36,803 nt of DNA from Perkinsus chesapeaki ATCC PRA-425 (GCA_013115145.1 JAAPAO010000359.1:1-36803); one strand, 5' to 3'. Shown: positions 11,601-21,174, counted from the stretch's first letter. Made by a program: numbers and translations. Notes: generated from the letters alone by a model not told the origin.

Positions 11601-11803
11601 CCAAGTACTTTGGTGGTGAACATATTGTGTCGCGGGAGGACGTGGCGCGCACTTTGTTTGGGAAGTATGCTCCGGCCAATGCCAGTATCGCCCCGAGGAT
11701 GCCTCTGTCCCCTCGGAATTCGGCTGCGGTCAACAAGCGCCACCTCGGCAACGGGCCAGGGCCACCGGCTCCGTCGTCGTCATCTTTGCCGCGGAAAAAG
11801 TGA
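5603..11803 (+). CDS. Intronless ~2,066-aa bridge-like lipid transfer protein, BLTP2/Hobbit/FMP27 (Apt1 C-terminal)-like; start codon unresolved
   Basis: 6.2-kb uninterrupted ORF with a hydrophobic N-terminus and a long beta-rich body. The C-terminus (LAPIVVNLTQQMFEEVYAFIF...IFFKYIRFGDINALFSYK...DVSLKVRHYVRKRRLWTWRDCL) matches the remembered Apt1/FMP27 pattern (loss-of-IF, F.YI.V...LSYK, Y..K.W.W.D). Confidence 0.75.
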   Translation: MALWELWNFFFAYVVVLPVKAALLATLCTVITALAFPSVIFFVIEMLVRAALRRTVEDFVLRRPPGGGAQLEFTTNDESMKVSAKIGPLGISVWRRGLVIPSIDVDVDILEVHKKEPKARRKGSDRQQQQQQQPSKTNETSEATKRTSKWKELLLNNCFVNVGIVNLKLILPGQHVGVQSRVCHWVTIEQFDFAKAGPKSQMRWKNIKINGRSSMKPDRWEVLNMPNWSINMSFTNAAPEVHIAAEALHVEIPVLLYRESLMAIGPMITKLDPDVSGDLPEWDIIDPSMPAVECTFGIGSLVISVSDLAVGRGELIGEHVSGALQSDGSWPDFEIKVPSLRLDDIDLEGIRKTVVRLEPPKDSSHVAVHGRGIYIDIVVGTFWGLIAPESFVAWFKAIDHMVDVLKSVKKPWKIVRRNELVAQYYAWELCHRAPQKEAVPYRYVPDPIRVRLFANTVIIDMESGESLVADNGFLMFDDQLWKFVVNVENPVLYGIGGDRKLITAKRIDLWIPLSVFPQLSRPLGPYPVVPDFIKDASAQCPVRGTLPISVLFSDVVTKFDDALFCCINYIIEAAVHDIDRFPEIIETGTRVFLDPPQFRSMLFVGKNVVADLPIPGSPPVEMGSLELAMGPTKDSMHIAVCRTSIAGCFSMRNDLHIKMSCYRRDPNDPLDDIKVNKDWCRPLPRYEGEPPRTFRTMRLWVTQLPEWVRRSKDRNRKLALTAECSIREAALLAAGVVEAANAFDREFTSSPPAKAPMRDMAVDICGAMRILLGNPSIGKKRRYSFDDAKVGTEPVEPLEKSGICISSEAIHFAYLKDTKEMECTLTAVIVQMLPKVITACLPEAHFALLDQGTRAVVVLGTETVSPEIAAFENALSVSCRLGELQRLIEDLAVEYEDAMATGQHPPAPKRATRSGSDDTPPVLEPIHEDTPDGPGPIPEPTRMVLSVEFLSGMCFTWAVRGLEPLQLLTADPIGARLVLNTYGASGSPPLVLPVLDRSRDPVLAQWLTEPWSLDQNSGNDQRRGSSSSSSSSSAFSAQRRASQDMWDIDSPLIDRIAAYMKKLQYLNDVKPALVKNAAIYSMGEGLLDKPVYAQFDAEFTNPTVRWGTGSSISHVNSVKLRLLVHNLPSTPDAIRDTVDPPICISWSAEFIDSAAAGNKQLSLCVVPEFHIPMVLQLIGSPGDFYQINGQNVKVSLNPSAHKKRSLSHNMQRRLRTTSVTGINPSSIFGNIKVAFNILLSQITCKCGAWRCGASEISLATDSSCDTGSIVGSIRNAVIGFEVVRPHRLTPTFERHCAFCTPSDNPYPLRNVAPFIEIEDITLTLHSNLVPTFGAGRCRVSDDPHEVALLYLGVHGTRVCWSPVIQRCLRMTLMNVDQFFKMMNRWRERFVEGLKYHDKMCRMEAMARRPEEASSDGDDGDEEQEEEEPLHMRIEKAWSAVMLVGRSASAVLRVSDVQLNCHYAAAADGKAATIEHEDTSTLSTTPSTPCGEEFQCGCSLLAAHAAYDEDYHKGQGRSWWVRQHADDTPLPPLPPFNLSVAAASVQEIRLGAYPWKQIVKAIIINDELGFDEDIDFDEDDDEDEAKAEKLPNGAQLVLCIGEAVAEVRAHRTSTTGVDNSSNLRVTLALTLDGLRGLAGSTKSRGLGWSGSYDDALKSVMELSAFTLRGTADMLPVGDSSVQACVERIFLGADDLSFHQVVSVITECLLYRPGTHDDDNDDEDDGKEGGGDNPSGPAPDESPDAPVTLTERISPGELKRLRSEISDVVSEDMGDGSPAGSKFVIEYTVGELSMNLAHADAVFLRLKLDDAAGTHVFAHSDPGHPMMFSFELRDVTMTGSEGMQIVKGAHSKGTSLLQFRGQDRIIQHNGQRWHIYDSVTVNLAPIVVNLTQQMFEEVYAFIFLDPTGEDMSLSDRFKTKEDSKNDKPAELIFFKYIRFGDINALFSYKSKRMTLKDVSLKVRHYVRKRRLWTWRDCLDEWGSRFFHQALSSVVLHPFSRKPKYFGGEHIVSREDVARTLFGKYAPANASIAPRMPLSPRNSAAVNKRHLGNGPGPPAPSSSSLPRKK
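5982..6002 (+). repeat. CAA(CAG)n tract encoding poly-Gln (Q7) inside the large ORF
   Basis: caacagcagcagcagcagcag read directly; translates in frame as QQQQQQQ. Confidence 0.85.
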
Positions 11804-11985
11804 GCGTGATTGAAGCTGAAGTATTTGTGTACCATACGGTCATCAATTATTTATTATTTATTTTGCCAAGTGGATAACCGTGTCGAGTTTTAGTAGTGAA
11901 TTAGACAGCAGTATCATCATTAGCAGGATGTCCCCCGAAGCATTCCCAACAGTACCAGCAGAGGCACTCTTACAGCAACCCCAGT

Positions 11986-12976
11986 GTGATGCGACAGCCG
12001 GAGGCCGAGACAGGAAGGTGTGTCAGTCTCGGTTATCCACTACTCGCTACTTGCACGCTTCAGGCACCGCAAGAGATATCAGCGGATGGTCAATCTCGAA
12101 TGACGACAAGGCCTTTGGACCCGGGCATTGCGCTTCCAAGTACGTTGCCTCCAAGCAGATGGATTCTTTGGCCATGCGGTTCCTTAGGTTCCGATGCCGA
12201 TTTCCGAAATGACAGTGGGCTTCGGCGTAAGTTACTTACCAGGGACCACTCGACCGACACTAGTATGGTCTTGGAGAGCCCTACGGAAGCTAGTCGAGAG
12301 CGAGCTTATCGCATCTACCACATTTTACTAAAGGTGGTGCTGGCTTTCCTAGCGACCATGCTCACTATGGCATATTTCTTGTGGGGCCCTCCGGTAACAA
12401 TTTCGTTTTATATTTGCCTTGTTAATCCCCGAGTAGGCACTGGCGATGAGACCTAACCTCCCTACCATGCCGAGTGGAGCTGTCATTGTTGGTAACACCG
12501 CTGAACCCCCTGCTGTAGCAGTCGCCGCCCCACTCGAGAGCAACTCTGCCGACTTTACACGACAATACTTTCTGGATGTCCAGCCATCACTAACGCCTAC
12601 TGGCCGTCGTCGCCATTATCGATTATGATTACTCCTATTTAGTTCGTAGCTCAGTACTGTATATGATGATGATGACGTAGCCTTGACAGAATCGACTTAG
12701 AAGTGTGTTAGTAGTACATTGCATGTCGCAGCGACGTCGTTATTACGATGAATATTTATTTTTAGAATGGTGGTCGGTTCTGCCAGTGTACTCTTGCTAT
12801 CTTTGCATACTGCTGATTCAACAACAATCTATGTTTGTTGTTGCGTTCCAGTACTCTCCGAAAGTGGTTACAACGAATCCGTTCTCGTGAAGGTTCTCCC
12901 TCCATTTGATACAAAATCAGACCTCAGATATTCAATACTACGTAACGAAACAATGTCTTTGATGGGAAGCCCATAA
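11986..12976 (+). CDS. Hypothetical single-pass membrane protein (exon structure only partly resolved)
   Basis: The ORF with the hydrophobic helix ILLKVVLAFLATMLTMAYFLWGPP splices in frame (gtaaca...gagtag) to ALAMRPNLPTMPSGAVIVG.... Later exons are ambiguous. Confidence 0.4.
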
Positions 12977-13259
12977 TCGACAGCCATGTTCCTTGAATCG
13001 CTAATGACCGATAAAGAGTGTATTTCGAAAACCCCCCTTAGGCGACGTTTTTACGATCTTCCGGCGGGACTATTTAACACAATGAAGCTATTCTCTGAAA
13101 CATGCAACAACACCATATGTTAATGATCAGGAATTAGCAATGCTTTCGAACTTCCCCGGAGTCGGCATGTACATCCCACGAAGCTCGGGGTCCCACAAGC
13201 CTTTTATTGGATACTCGTAACTGCTGATATCGTAATTCATCGACACACTAGGGCGGTTC

Positions 13260-15136
13260 CTACCCGATCTCATCGGCCATCTTTTTATACTCTTGCAGCT
13301 TGTCAAGTCTGATCTTCTCGAATTCAGTGTGTCCATTAAAACAACTGAACAAGCCGCATCACTTGAACCATAAATGGCATCTCACTTGGTAAATATCCAA
13401 GGCTTCTCCACAAGATCGGGGTGCATCGTTCCCACGACAATATGCCAGTGTTCTTCACTTCCCTCATGACGATACCAGTGGTCCACACCTGAGAGACCAT
13501 CTCCATCACTCCACTAGCTGGCATGCCTACTGTCATCGAATGTTATAATCTCCCCAGGCTTCAATTCTCTTTCATCGTCTCCACAGCCAACCCAAACTCC
13601 CTCGCAGCCGATCAACCCCATGATACTCGTAAGCCGTGCGTTGGTTCCGCCGTTATGCCGTACCACTTTAGTGCCTGCAAGCCCTTCTGACAGGGTACCA
13701 CTTCTCACCATACCAGGTGTCATCCGGATAATGGTGATCTCCTCGTTGTTATAAGAGACATACGGCAAACCTTGAAAGCTCTTCGTCGCCCGAGTCTTCC
13801 CCGGCAGTGCTTTTATCAGACGCTTTGATGTCTTCGGAAATATTGCCTACACGAGCTTAAGTTAACTAATCATAGGTAAAGGACCTACGATGGAAATTTG
13901 GGAAATAAGTAGGATACCGTATCATACACTCTGGCCATGATACTAACCGGCTGTTTATAATAAAAGGCCTGCAGCAAATCAAAGGGCCGCACTAACAGGT
14001 GTATAGGCTACAATACGGTCATCATCCCTGTTTGCCTTGTTGGCCCTACTACTATGCCCTAGGCAAGAATACACTACCATATAATGCACTCATGTTTCGA
14101 TTAATTATTCTCATGGAATTCAACCCGATAAGTTCATTATTTAGTCACACAAAGATTTCATGCCCCTCTACGATCCAGCATGCCTAAAGCCCACGCTAAC
14201 TCTGTTCCGTAGTAGCATTTATGAAAACTATCCCTTCCTCAGGAGCAGGCCCTCATCCTAGAACTCACATCAGAGAAGGCCGTCGGAGCTCTCTCAGTAT
14301 ACAACTGATAGGATTGCCACTTCCCACCAGGGTCTGTCAGCATCGGCTGAACATCTTGCATCGTCCATCTAACCTGCCATCCACTCCTATCCCCAACCCT
14401 GCCTCCAGTACCCTACCCCACGTATCGATGCACGCAGCTCCCTCTCTATCACACCGCGGTTATCAAGAAGGACCTGCAAGAACCCTCACCTTTCCAAATC
14501 TCCAAACGGCGCACCTTGTTCATTGGCAGCTCCCTATCATCATCCCACCATACCTGAGGTGCCCTCAACCCCGGTATAAATATCGCTGGCGTCTGCAGTA
14601 TCGACGTCCACTGTATCGGTCGCTCGCCACTCCATTCGTATTTCCGCGCTTCCTCGAAGAACTACAGCAACCTTGCAACCTTCACCACTGGCTGCCCACC
14701 TGCTCCGCCAGCTCCCAATGTCCTGATTGCTTCAGCAGCACCATAGAAGTGGCGTAGTGATACTGCGTCGCCCTGACCAGTCGACATACGAGCATGCCGC
14801 ACTAATCCTTCCAACCTCTCCTGGAACGGCGACTTCGTTGCGAATTCCGCCGTGCACACCGGGTGGAGCGCCAATTTCCGGGCGAATCCAACTGCGTAGG
14901 GATACAGCTCTGGACGCCTGTACTCTAGTAACGATACTGCGCATGCGTGCAGACCTTCGGGCTCTACCACTCTGAAGATGAAGTTGAGCAAGTGTCGGTA
15001 TGAGATAGCGTACTGATGCAATAAATCTTGGTAGAGCGTAACTGCCCTATCGAAGAGTGCATCTGCCCTCTCCTGGGAGCTCCTTATCAAACGCTGTAGT
15101 ATGCTGCTAGACTCATTCGTTCGACACACTCTATTG
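13260..15136 (-). CDS. Aspartyl/asparaginyl beta-hydroxylase (Asp_Arg_Hydrox)-like protein with a helical, TPR-like N-region; 5' end unresolved
   Basis: Exons encode PGLRAPQVWW, GKWQSYQLY, FPKTSKRL, IRMTPG|TKVVRHNGGTNARLTSIMGL, ELKPGEIITFDD|SVDHWYRHEGSEEHWHIVVGTMHPDL, collinear with the AspH catalytic domain. Proposed stop TAG at 13260-13262. Confidence 0.85.
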
Positions 15137-15506
15137 TACCTGTGGAGCAGGAAAGCTGCTCTAGTGCCATCAGGCCCCCCTCACAGTGAACAGAGGTCTC
15201 TTGTACTTCAGGGATTTAATACCAAGTTTCATTTCCATCACACGACCCTAGTGAATGTAAGGTGCAAGTGATATAACAAGGCCTGCCGATTCTGAGGTCG
15301 ACCTCGGGTAAGCTGTCAACACAACGGTGATACCACTTTCCACAAGGTTATGGTAAAGAGGGTTTCCTTTGGGAGGATTAGGAAACCCCTTTTCCCCTCA
15401 CTAAGCACCCCAGCGAAGGAGCTCCGCTAATTTCATTACAACTCTGTCCACCATTGATATTTCCCAGAATCTCTTAGCACACTATCACCCCCCCCTACTA
15501 CTACTA

Positions 15507-15692
15507 CTACTCGTCCAGGTACGCATCAGCAAGTTGCTTCGTCCGTTGAACCGTCGTCTGTTCAACTGCCTTGGCGAGGTTCCTCTCCAATAGCTTGAAT
15601 TTCGCATCAACCACACGATTATCAATGGCCGCCAGTATTGTTCCCCGAGATGCGGCTGCCAAGAGGTAGGCCTTTCTCGAGGCCAATGCCAT
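15507..15692 (-). CDS. Short helical ORF; possibly an upstream exon of the AspH-like gene or a separate small gene
   Basis: MALASRKAYLLAAASRG...QLADAYLD ends at a possible GA|GTAGTA donor. No family recognised. Confidence 0.3.
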   Translation of the reverse strand: MALASRKAYLLAAASRGTILAAIDNRVVDAKFKLLERNLAKAVEQTTVQRTKQLADAYLDE

Positions 15693-15954
15693 TGGGCAAA
15701 AACTCTACCAGTACGTGCGGTGCTGCCCACACCCCGGCTAACCCCCGTGTCTAGACTCGAGCACATCTCTTGTTGCAATCAGTCCAAAGGCCATCTCCAT
15801 GCGTAGAAGCCCTTCAAGAGGACCAACTGAACTAGACTATGAAGTGTAAATTGTCGCTTCCCCGTAGCCAGCCGCCCTTGTCTAACAACCCAACACCAGA
15901 AGTGTGAATCCTTAACAGAAAGTCAACTGAATAAATATATCATTCTCCTTAGCT

Positions 15955-16921
15955 TTCACTTGCCCTTAGTTTTATCCTCTCCTTTAGCAGGCTTCTTAGT
16001 CTCCATTGCCTTCCTTTGTTTCTCTTCCCTCTCCTGTTCAGCTCTCTTATGACTGTACTCATAGACTCTCTGGGCTATATCACCATGGTCCATCACGCCA
16101 TCCCTGTGATCAGTGAATAACAACTAACCAGCTGCGGCCGACTTACGCTGATTTTCTTCGAAGCTTCTGATACACATCTTGGAAGTTGTCGAGGTGAGAC
16201 AGACGCGCACTTGGCCTGAAGAGGGTAAACACTGGAGCCGTACTCTCATTAGCATTTTGATTATTATAATCACCATTATAGATATAATAATAATTAATAC
16301 ATATAGTAAGTATTGTGGCTTGTGATGTGCTCGATGATTTGTCATTTACACCTACACATTTCTTGGATTGAGTTAATCCACAAGACGGATTCCCAGTGTC
16401 GAAATTGGACATCCCAATAAGGCACTTTCCCAACCGACGCATATGAGAATTCCGATCATAGTCCACTTTACACTTAATACCATACAACAGCCATCTCCAA
16501 CCACTCGTTTACAAGATTCCTGGCTTAATCAGTAATCACCCTACCGCACCGCTGACCCGCTTTATGTTCCTGTGATTCCCATAACCCTTCCCTAGTACCC
16601 TTGTCCACTAGCTTCTTCCTTTTCCATCTTCTTTTCCCTTTCCTCACTCTCTCTTAACATCTGTGTCAGCCAGCTGCCACCGGTACTACTTTGTGTGGCT
16701 GCTGTTGCTGTGGTTGTAGCTTCCCTATGGGATCATCTCAGTACCCTATCTACCACAACATAAGTCATTACTCTTTGGGTTTCTCCTTCAGAGTCTCATT
16801 AACCCATTGAGTGCCGCTAGACTCAGTTGTAGCGAAGGTCCGAGTGAGCGTGCGGGCCATGGCCAGTCGAGCGATACCGACAGTGGGACGGACGGCTGAT
16901 GTGAGGGAGTTCATCGAAAAT
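15955..16921 (-). CDS. Probable mitochondrion-targeted hypothetical protein (multi-exon, middle exons unresolved)
   Basis: First exon MNSLTSAVRPTVGIARLAMARTLTRTFATT is Arg/Thr/Ala-rich with no acidic residues. Last exons read LSHLDNFQDVYQKLRRKSA|DGVMDHGDIAQRVYEYSHKRAEQEREEKQRKAME...GK-stop. Boundaries are approximate. Confidence 0.55.
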
Positions 16922-17038
16922 GAGTTTCCTAGAAATTTTCAATGGCTCGAGAATGACCCAACACAATCGAGAAGTGACCATGAAAAGCAGCGACAAGGCT
17001 GGGAAAGAGCAGCCTCGGAAGGGCGGCGGTGGAGGAGG

Positions 17039-17567
17039 TTAGAGTCTGTATTGGACAAGGGCAACGGACTCTGAGGGACAATGACGGACTTAGTGTAATG
17101 GAGAGGTACCTGGTATTATAACAGGAATAAGGCTATTCTTAATGACGTGTAGATGTATTGGATGATTCATATAATCCTTCCAACCATTTTCATCATCAAA
17201 CTTAGCGAGGATCATAAGATCATAATTTCTAGCGGGATCAAGGCCGATATCTCTGTGTACCTGGATAACACAAGGAGACAGTTTTTGTGTCGAAGCTCAA
17301 CTTCACAACTTGATAAATAAAACAGGTTACCTTGAATCCTCTAATGGATGGTATTTTATCAACCATATTATTCAAAGCATCTATTGTCTCCTGTATAGCC
17401 TCCTCTGTGACACCCTTCTGGAACTTGAAGGTCACCATATGCCCGATTTTCGGGCAGTCTGTCGAAGGGGTCACACCGGCAGTAGCCATTGTAAAAGTGA
17501 GTAACAGTAACATTACGAATACAATGGCTGGAGTATGCAAAACCTGTCGGATTTTGCCGAATTTCAT
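17039..17567 (-). CDS. Dabb (stress-responsive A/B barrel) protein, copy A, with an N-terminal signal/anchor sequence
   Basis: IGHMVTFKFQKGVTEEAIQ...IPSIRGFK|VHRDIGLDPARNYDLMILAKFDDENGWKDYMNHPIHLHVI...IIP|ESVALVQYRL-stop. Shows the HMV.FKF, FDD and Y..HP.H Dabb motifs. Confidence 0.88.
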
Positions 17568-17835
17568 CAACTTTTTTGCTCGCCAACGTGTGCAAGTGAG
17601 CATGCATTTCAACACTGATTTCCGTTCCCTTTGCCGGAGCGAGCAGGCCAAGACCTCTCTGTGGAGGCAGGACATCGATTAAGATTGCTGACCGAGTACA
17701 CCAGTACCTCTTCCAGCGAAGTTGAGAGGCTTCTGTCGAGCAACACAAACATAGAACCAAAAAGTTACAGCGAAAACCTTATTATTGGATAAAAACGAAG
17801 TTGTCAGAGACAACCGGCGATAACGTACGAAAAAA

Positions 17836-18261
17836 TCAAAGCTTGTACTGCACTGATGCCCGGGCCTCTGAATAGCAGCGTTGTAGTGACAAGGATAAAG
17901 GAAAGCTACCTGGTATTATAATAGGACCGGTGCAGTTCTTAATGACATCTAGATGTATTGGGTGATTCATATAATCCTTCCAACCATTTTCATCATCAAA
18001 CTTAGCGAGGATCATAAGATCATAATTTCTAGCGGGATCAAGGCCGATATCTCTGTGTACCTGGATAACACAAGGAGACAGTTTTTGTGTGCTTCCACCT
18101 ACCTCGTAATGTCTAATTGAAGGTATCTTGCCCACCATTCCTTCTAGACCATCAACTGCTTTCTGGATGGCCTCCTCCGTGACACCCTCCTTAAACTTGA
18201 AGGCCACCATATGCCCGACCATCGGCCGGCCCCCTTGAGAATGCTCCGTACTGGATGTCAT
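17836..18261 (-). CDS. Dabb protein, copy B (no signal peptide)
   Basis: VGHMVAFKFKEGVTEEAIQKAVDGLEGMVGKIPSIRHYE|VHRDIGLDPARNYD...YMNHPIHLDVI...|ARASVQYKL-stop, with the same two intron positions as copy A. Confidence 0.9.
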   Translation of the reverse strand: MTSSTEHSQGGRPMVGHMVAFKFKEGVTEEAIQKAVDGLEGMVGKIPSIRHYEVGGSTQKLSPCVIQVHRDIGLDPARNYDLMILAKFDDENGWKDYMNHPIHLDVIKNCTGPIIIPGSFPLSLSLQRCYSEARASVQYKL

Positions 18262-18764
18262 TTCCACTACTAAAAACACTGAAGTCCCTCAAGGCTTGAA
18301 GACCCATCGACCTCAACTATCCGGGGTGGCGGACGCCTGAGCCGATTTCACGGCACAATCTACAAAAAAGGACCTACTATGAAGTCTTGAAGCGCCTCCT
18401 TCTAGAGGACGCATGCGTGCAGGGCGGCGCCCTCTCTACAAATACCAGGCCCTTCTGAGCATGGACTATACATGCTCAGATCATCATCTGAGTTGGATGA
18501 AAAAGCTCCCGCATTCGTGGTGGTTCAAGGAAGTGGTATCCAGGGAAGGAGCTATCCAGGAGACACAGGGAGACTCTCCCTGGGAGAGGCTTTCCGATTG
18601 CGTCCACCTTCGACATCAATGCAGCAGCAAACGACTTCCGATGAAGATAGTCGTTTCCGTCCAATCATTCAGTAGATTGCTCCAATAATTCCCCAGCCCA
18701 ACAGAATCTCCCGATGTCGTACAACACAAAGCTACCTGGAAAGAAACAGTCGATGGCCCCCTCC

Positions 18765-19168
18765 CTAAGCATCATCTTCAAACTGCATAGCTACTCGGGT
18801 GCCTAAAGATCCATAGGCTCCCGCTTGCCCCCCCACTGCCTACCTGGTACGATCGCTGGCTTTATGTAGTTCTCTATAATGCCCAAATGAATCGGATTGG
18901 TAGAATAATTCTTATAAGCGTCGATGTCGTTGAACTTGACGATGAGCATGAAGTCTTGATTCCTCTCGGGATCCAAGCCTAGGTCGAACTTAACCTAAAG
19001 ATATTCGCCTCAGTGAGCTATACAATTCCACATGTGCCCGACCTTAAGATTCCCCACGGCAGGTATACTGTTGTTCATCGACAAGCACTGCTCAGTCAGC
19101 TCCTTGATGACAGGTTCTGACAGGCCCTTTTTGAGCTTGAAGGATACCATATGAGTGATGCTCGGCAT
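18765..19168 (-). CDS. Dabb protein, copy C (no signal peptide)
   Basis: MPSITHMVSFKLKKGLSEPVIKEL...IPAVGNLK|VKFDLGLDPERNQDFMLIVKFNDIDAYKNYSTNPIHLGII...IVPG|TRVAMQFEDDA-stop. Confidence 0.88.
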
Positions 19169-19891
19169 GCCTTTAAAAACAACAGTGGCACTGAGTTTAT
19201 AACAAAGAACGGTTGAGCAGCAACCTACGGGAGCGGTCAAGTTAACTCCAACGGAGGTCCAATGGATATATTGTCCACCCTCGAAAACGTATACCCGCCT
19301 GAGATGACGTTCCGTCATATCTGGATGAGCAGGTGAAATTCACCCGCCGTGAAGTTACAAAAAGAATCCCTTCATGAGTCATGAAGGGTCCATCGTCATG
19401 GTTCACGACGCGTCCGATTAGTCGAACTTGCGAGGGATGCTCTTTCTGGAGAGCCCAGGGTAACAGTATTTATGGTATTGGTAAGGTAGTGTGACCCGGG
19501 CGGCGAAGAGTAACCCATGGTCTCCTCATCGGATGAGGCTCATCCAACGCATGGGCCCGTCGCATCGCAAGTGACCGCTAACACATCCTTTGTTACAACA
19601 TCGAACAAATTAGCATTCGAATCTCCCCTTTGATTGCTCAACACCAAACGGAAAAAAATAAACGGTGTGAGGGCGGCGGCGGCGACAGTTAGGACGCGAA
19701 CTGGACGGCTACACGGGTGCCTGAGAGGTGAGGTGGAGATGGATTGAAGTACGATTCCAGTGGAATCATTCCACGAGTCCGAATTTTCCCCGAAATTCCC
19801 TTTGCTCGGAATCCGGACCTCGGATGCCTGCATATATTCCAACTCTTCATCACGACATAAATAAAGCAACAGGGGATTCTCTAGATAACAG

Positions 19892-20507
19892 ATGAAAAAT
19901 GCCCAAGCTGTTGGACAGACTCATACTCTACATCACTATCTTCTCCTGATAGCCTTTTCAACAACTTTTTCCTTCATCAGAACCAGGTTTAGGGTTTACG
20001 TTCGATCTGCGTTTTTGTGAATATATTTCGATAGGTTGTGGCACGATCATTGTGCATTACGAAGATACATTGCATCTTATGGCAGGCGTGGAGTGTCCGA
20101 GGCCGTGCAGTGCACGGCATGTACCACACTCATCAACTCTGGAGTCATTTCCAAGCCAACATGGCTTTCGGAGATCGAGCGGAGGACCTTCAAGAAATAT
20201 CTTGTCCTCGAGCGGTTCGTGATGCTCGAAAATGAACCTGTATGGTGGTTCGTCTGATGCCAGTTCATTTTCATGGATCCTATCAAAAACACCCCCTGGC
20301 TCAAGAACGCATTATCCACCTGCACAGTGGACCGAACACATTAACATCGAAACTATTAAATCATCTAATTTAAATGGCCGAATCTCTCCAGCAACAGACC
20401 GGCCTTATCTCCAGACTCTGGAGTCCAGAGTAGCTCACGAACCTTACAAAATCCCGTTGGGCACAGATTACTCGTTCATTGCTCCAAATATTTTTTTGCT
20501 ACTATGA
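19892..20507 (+). CDS. Possible hypothetical gene (short ORFs with splice-like junctions)
   Basis: ORFs 20036-20257 and 20232-20507 with candidate GT/AG sites. No motif recognised and the frame is ambiguous. Confidence 0.2.
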
Positions 20508-20685
20508 TAGTAGTACTAGCCACTTGCAATAAGAACGCAGGTACGACATGCAGTTGAGAAAACCTTTAGCCATACAACGGTAGATATCCTCAATCGTCGC
20601 GTCAACGGGATGACTTTCCCCCGTGAATACGTTGACGAGTCGCCATGTTTATCTCCTCACGTTGCACTTTCTTCTTTTTTTACGA

Positions 20686-21174
20686 TCAAATTGGCTTTCG
20701 CGGCAACAAGCGGGCATTTATAGCCATCACATCTTCAAATTCTTTGAGTAAGACAGGATACACAAATAGACCGCCATGCCTTGCCTCGAAGATGGCTTCA
20801 TCCAGAGCCCCACTTCCGCTCGCTATGACGGCATTATCAATCTTCTTAAATGATCTGGGCTTTTCGCCCATTGTACCGACATTCCTCTCTTCTGTCTCAA
20901 TATTGTAGGAGAAGAATGACAGTCTAATAATCGCACAACCTCTAGACATGCACGCATCTGCATCTCGGTTGTTGAGGTCTTGTTTCAAGGATGGGGCAAG
21001 GCTGAAGGCATCGTCCAGCGTCCTTGGTACGTCAATGGAATTCTCCTCTTCATTCTCCGGTATCAAGATAATCAATGAAAGTTTCAACATCATCGGGATT
21101 AGACATGATTGTGGTTTTAGTAAGTCGATGGTCAAAAGAATTTGTCGTGAGAGATACATTTTATCTTGAGCCAA
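20686..21174 (-). CDS. Hypothetical 162-aa ORF interrupting the Dabb array
   Basis: ATG-started ORF from the ORF track; no family recognised. Confidence 0.35.
   Translation of the reverse strand: MAQDKMYLSRQILLTIDLLKPQSCLIPMMLKLSLIILIPENEEENSIDVPRTLDDAFSLAPSLKQDLNNRDADACMSRGCAIIRLSFFSYNIETEERNVGTMGEKPRSFKKIDNAVIASGSGALDEAIFEARHGGLFVYPVLLKEFEDVMAINARLLPRKPI

Noticed and set aside
5702-11835. Many antisense and alternate-frame ORFs inside the 2,066-aa gene (e.g. 9314-10027, 10925-11743)
   Set aside because: Expected shadows of a long ORF with biased third positions; no independent motifs.
15494-15510. (CTA)n microsatellite
   Set aside because: About five units; ordinary slippage repeat.
18413-18688. 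Overlapping short ORFs on both strands between Dabb B and C
   Set aside because: No motif, no consistent splice model, and mutually exclusive frames.
20296-20305. CTGGCTCAAG, matching the 3' end of the recalled short Perkinsus spliced leader
   Set aside because: Only 10 nt, and the upstream bases do not match; compatible with chance.
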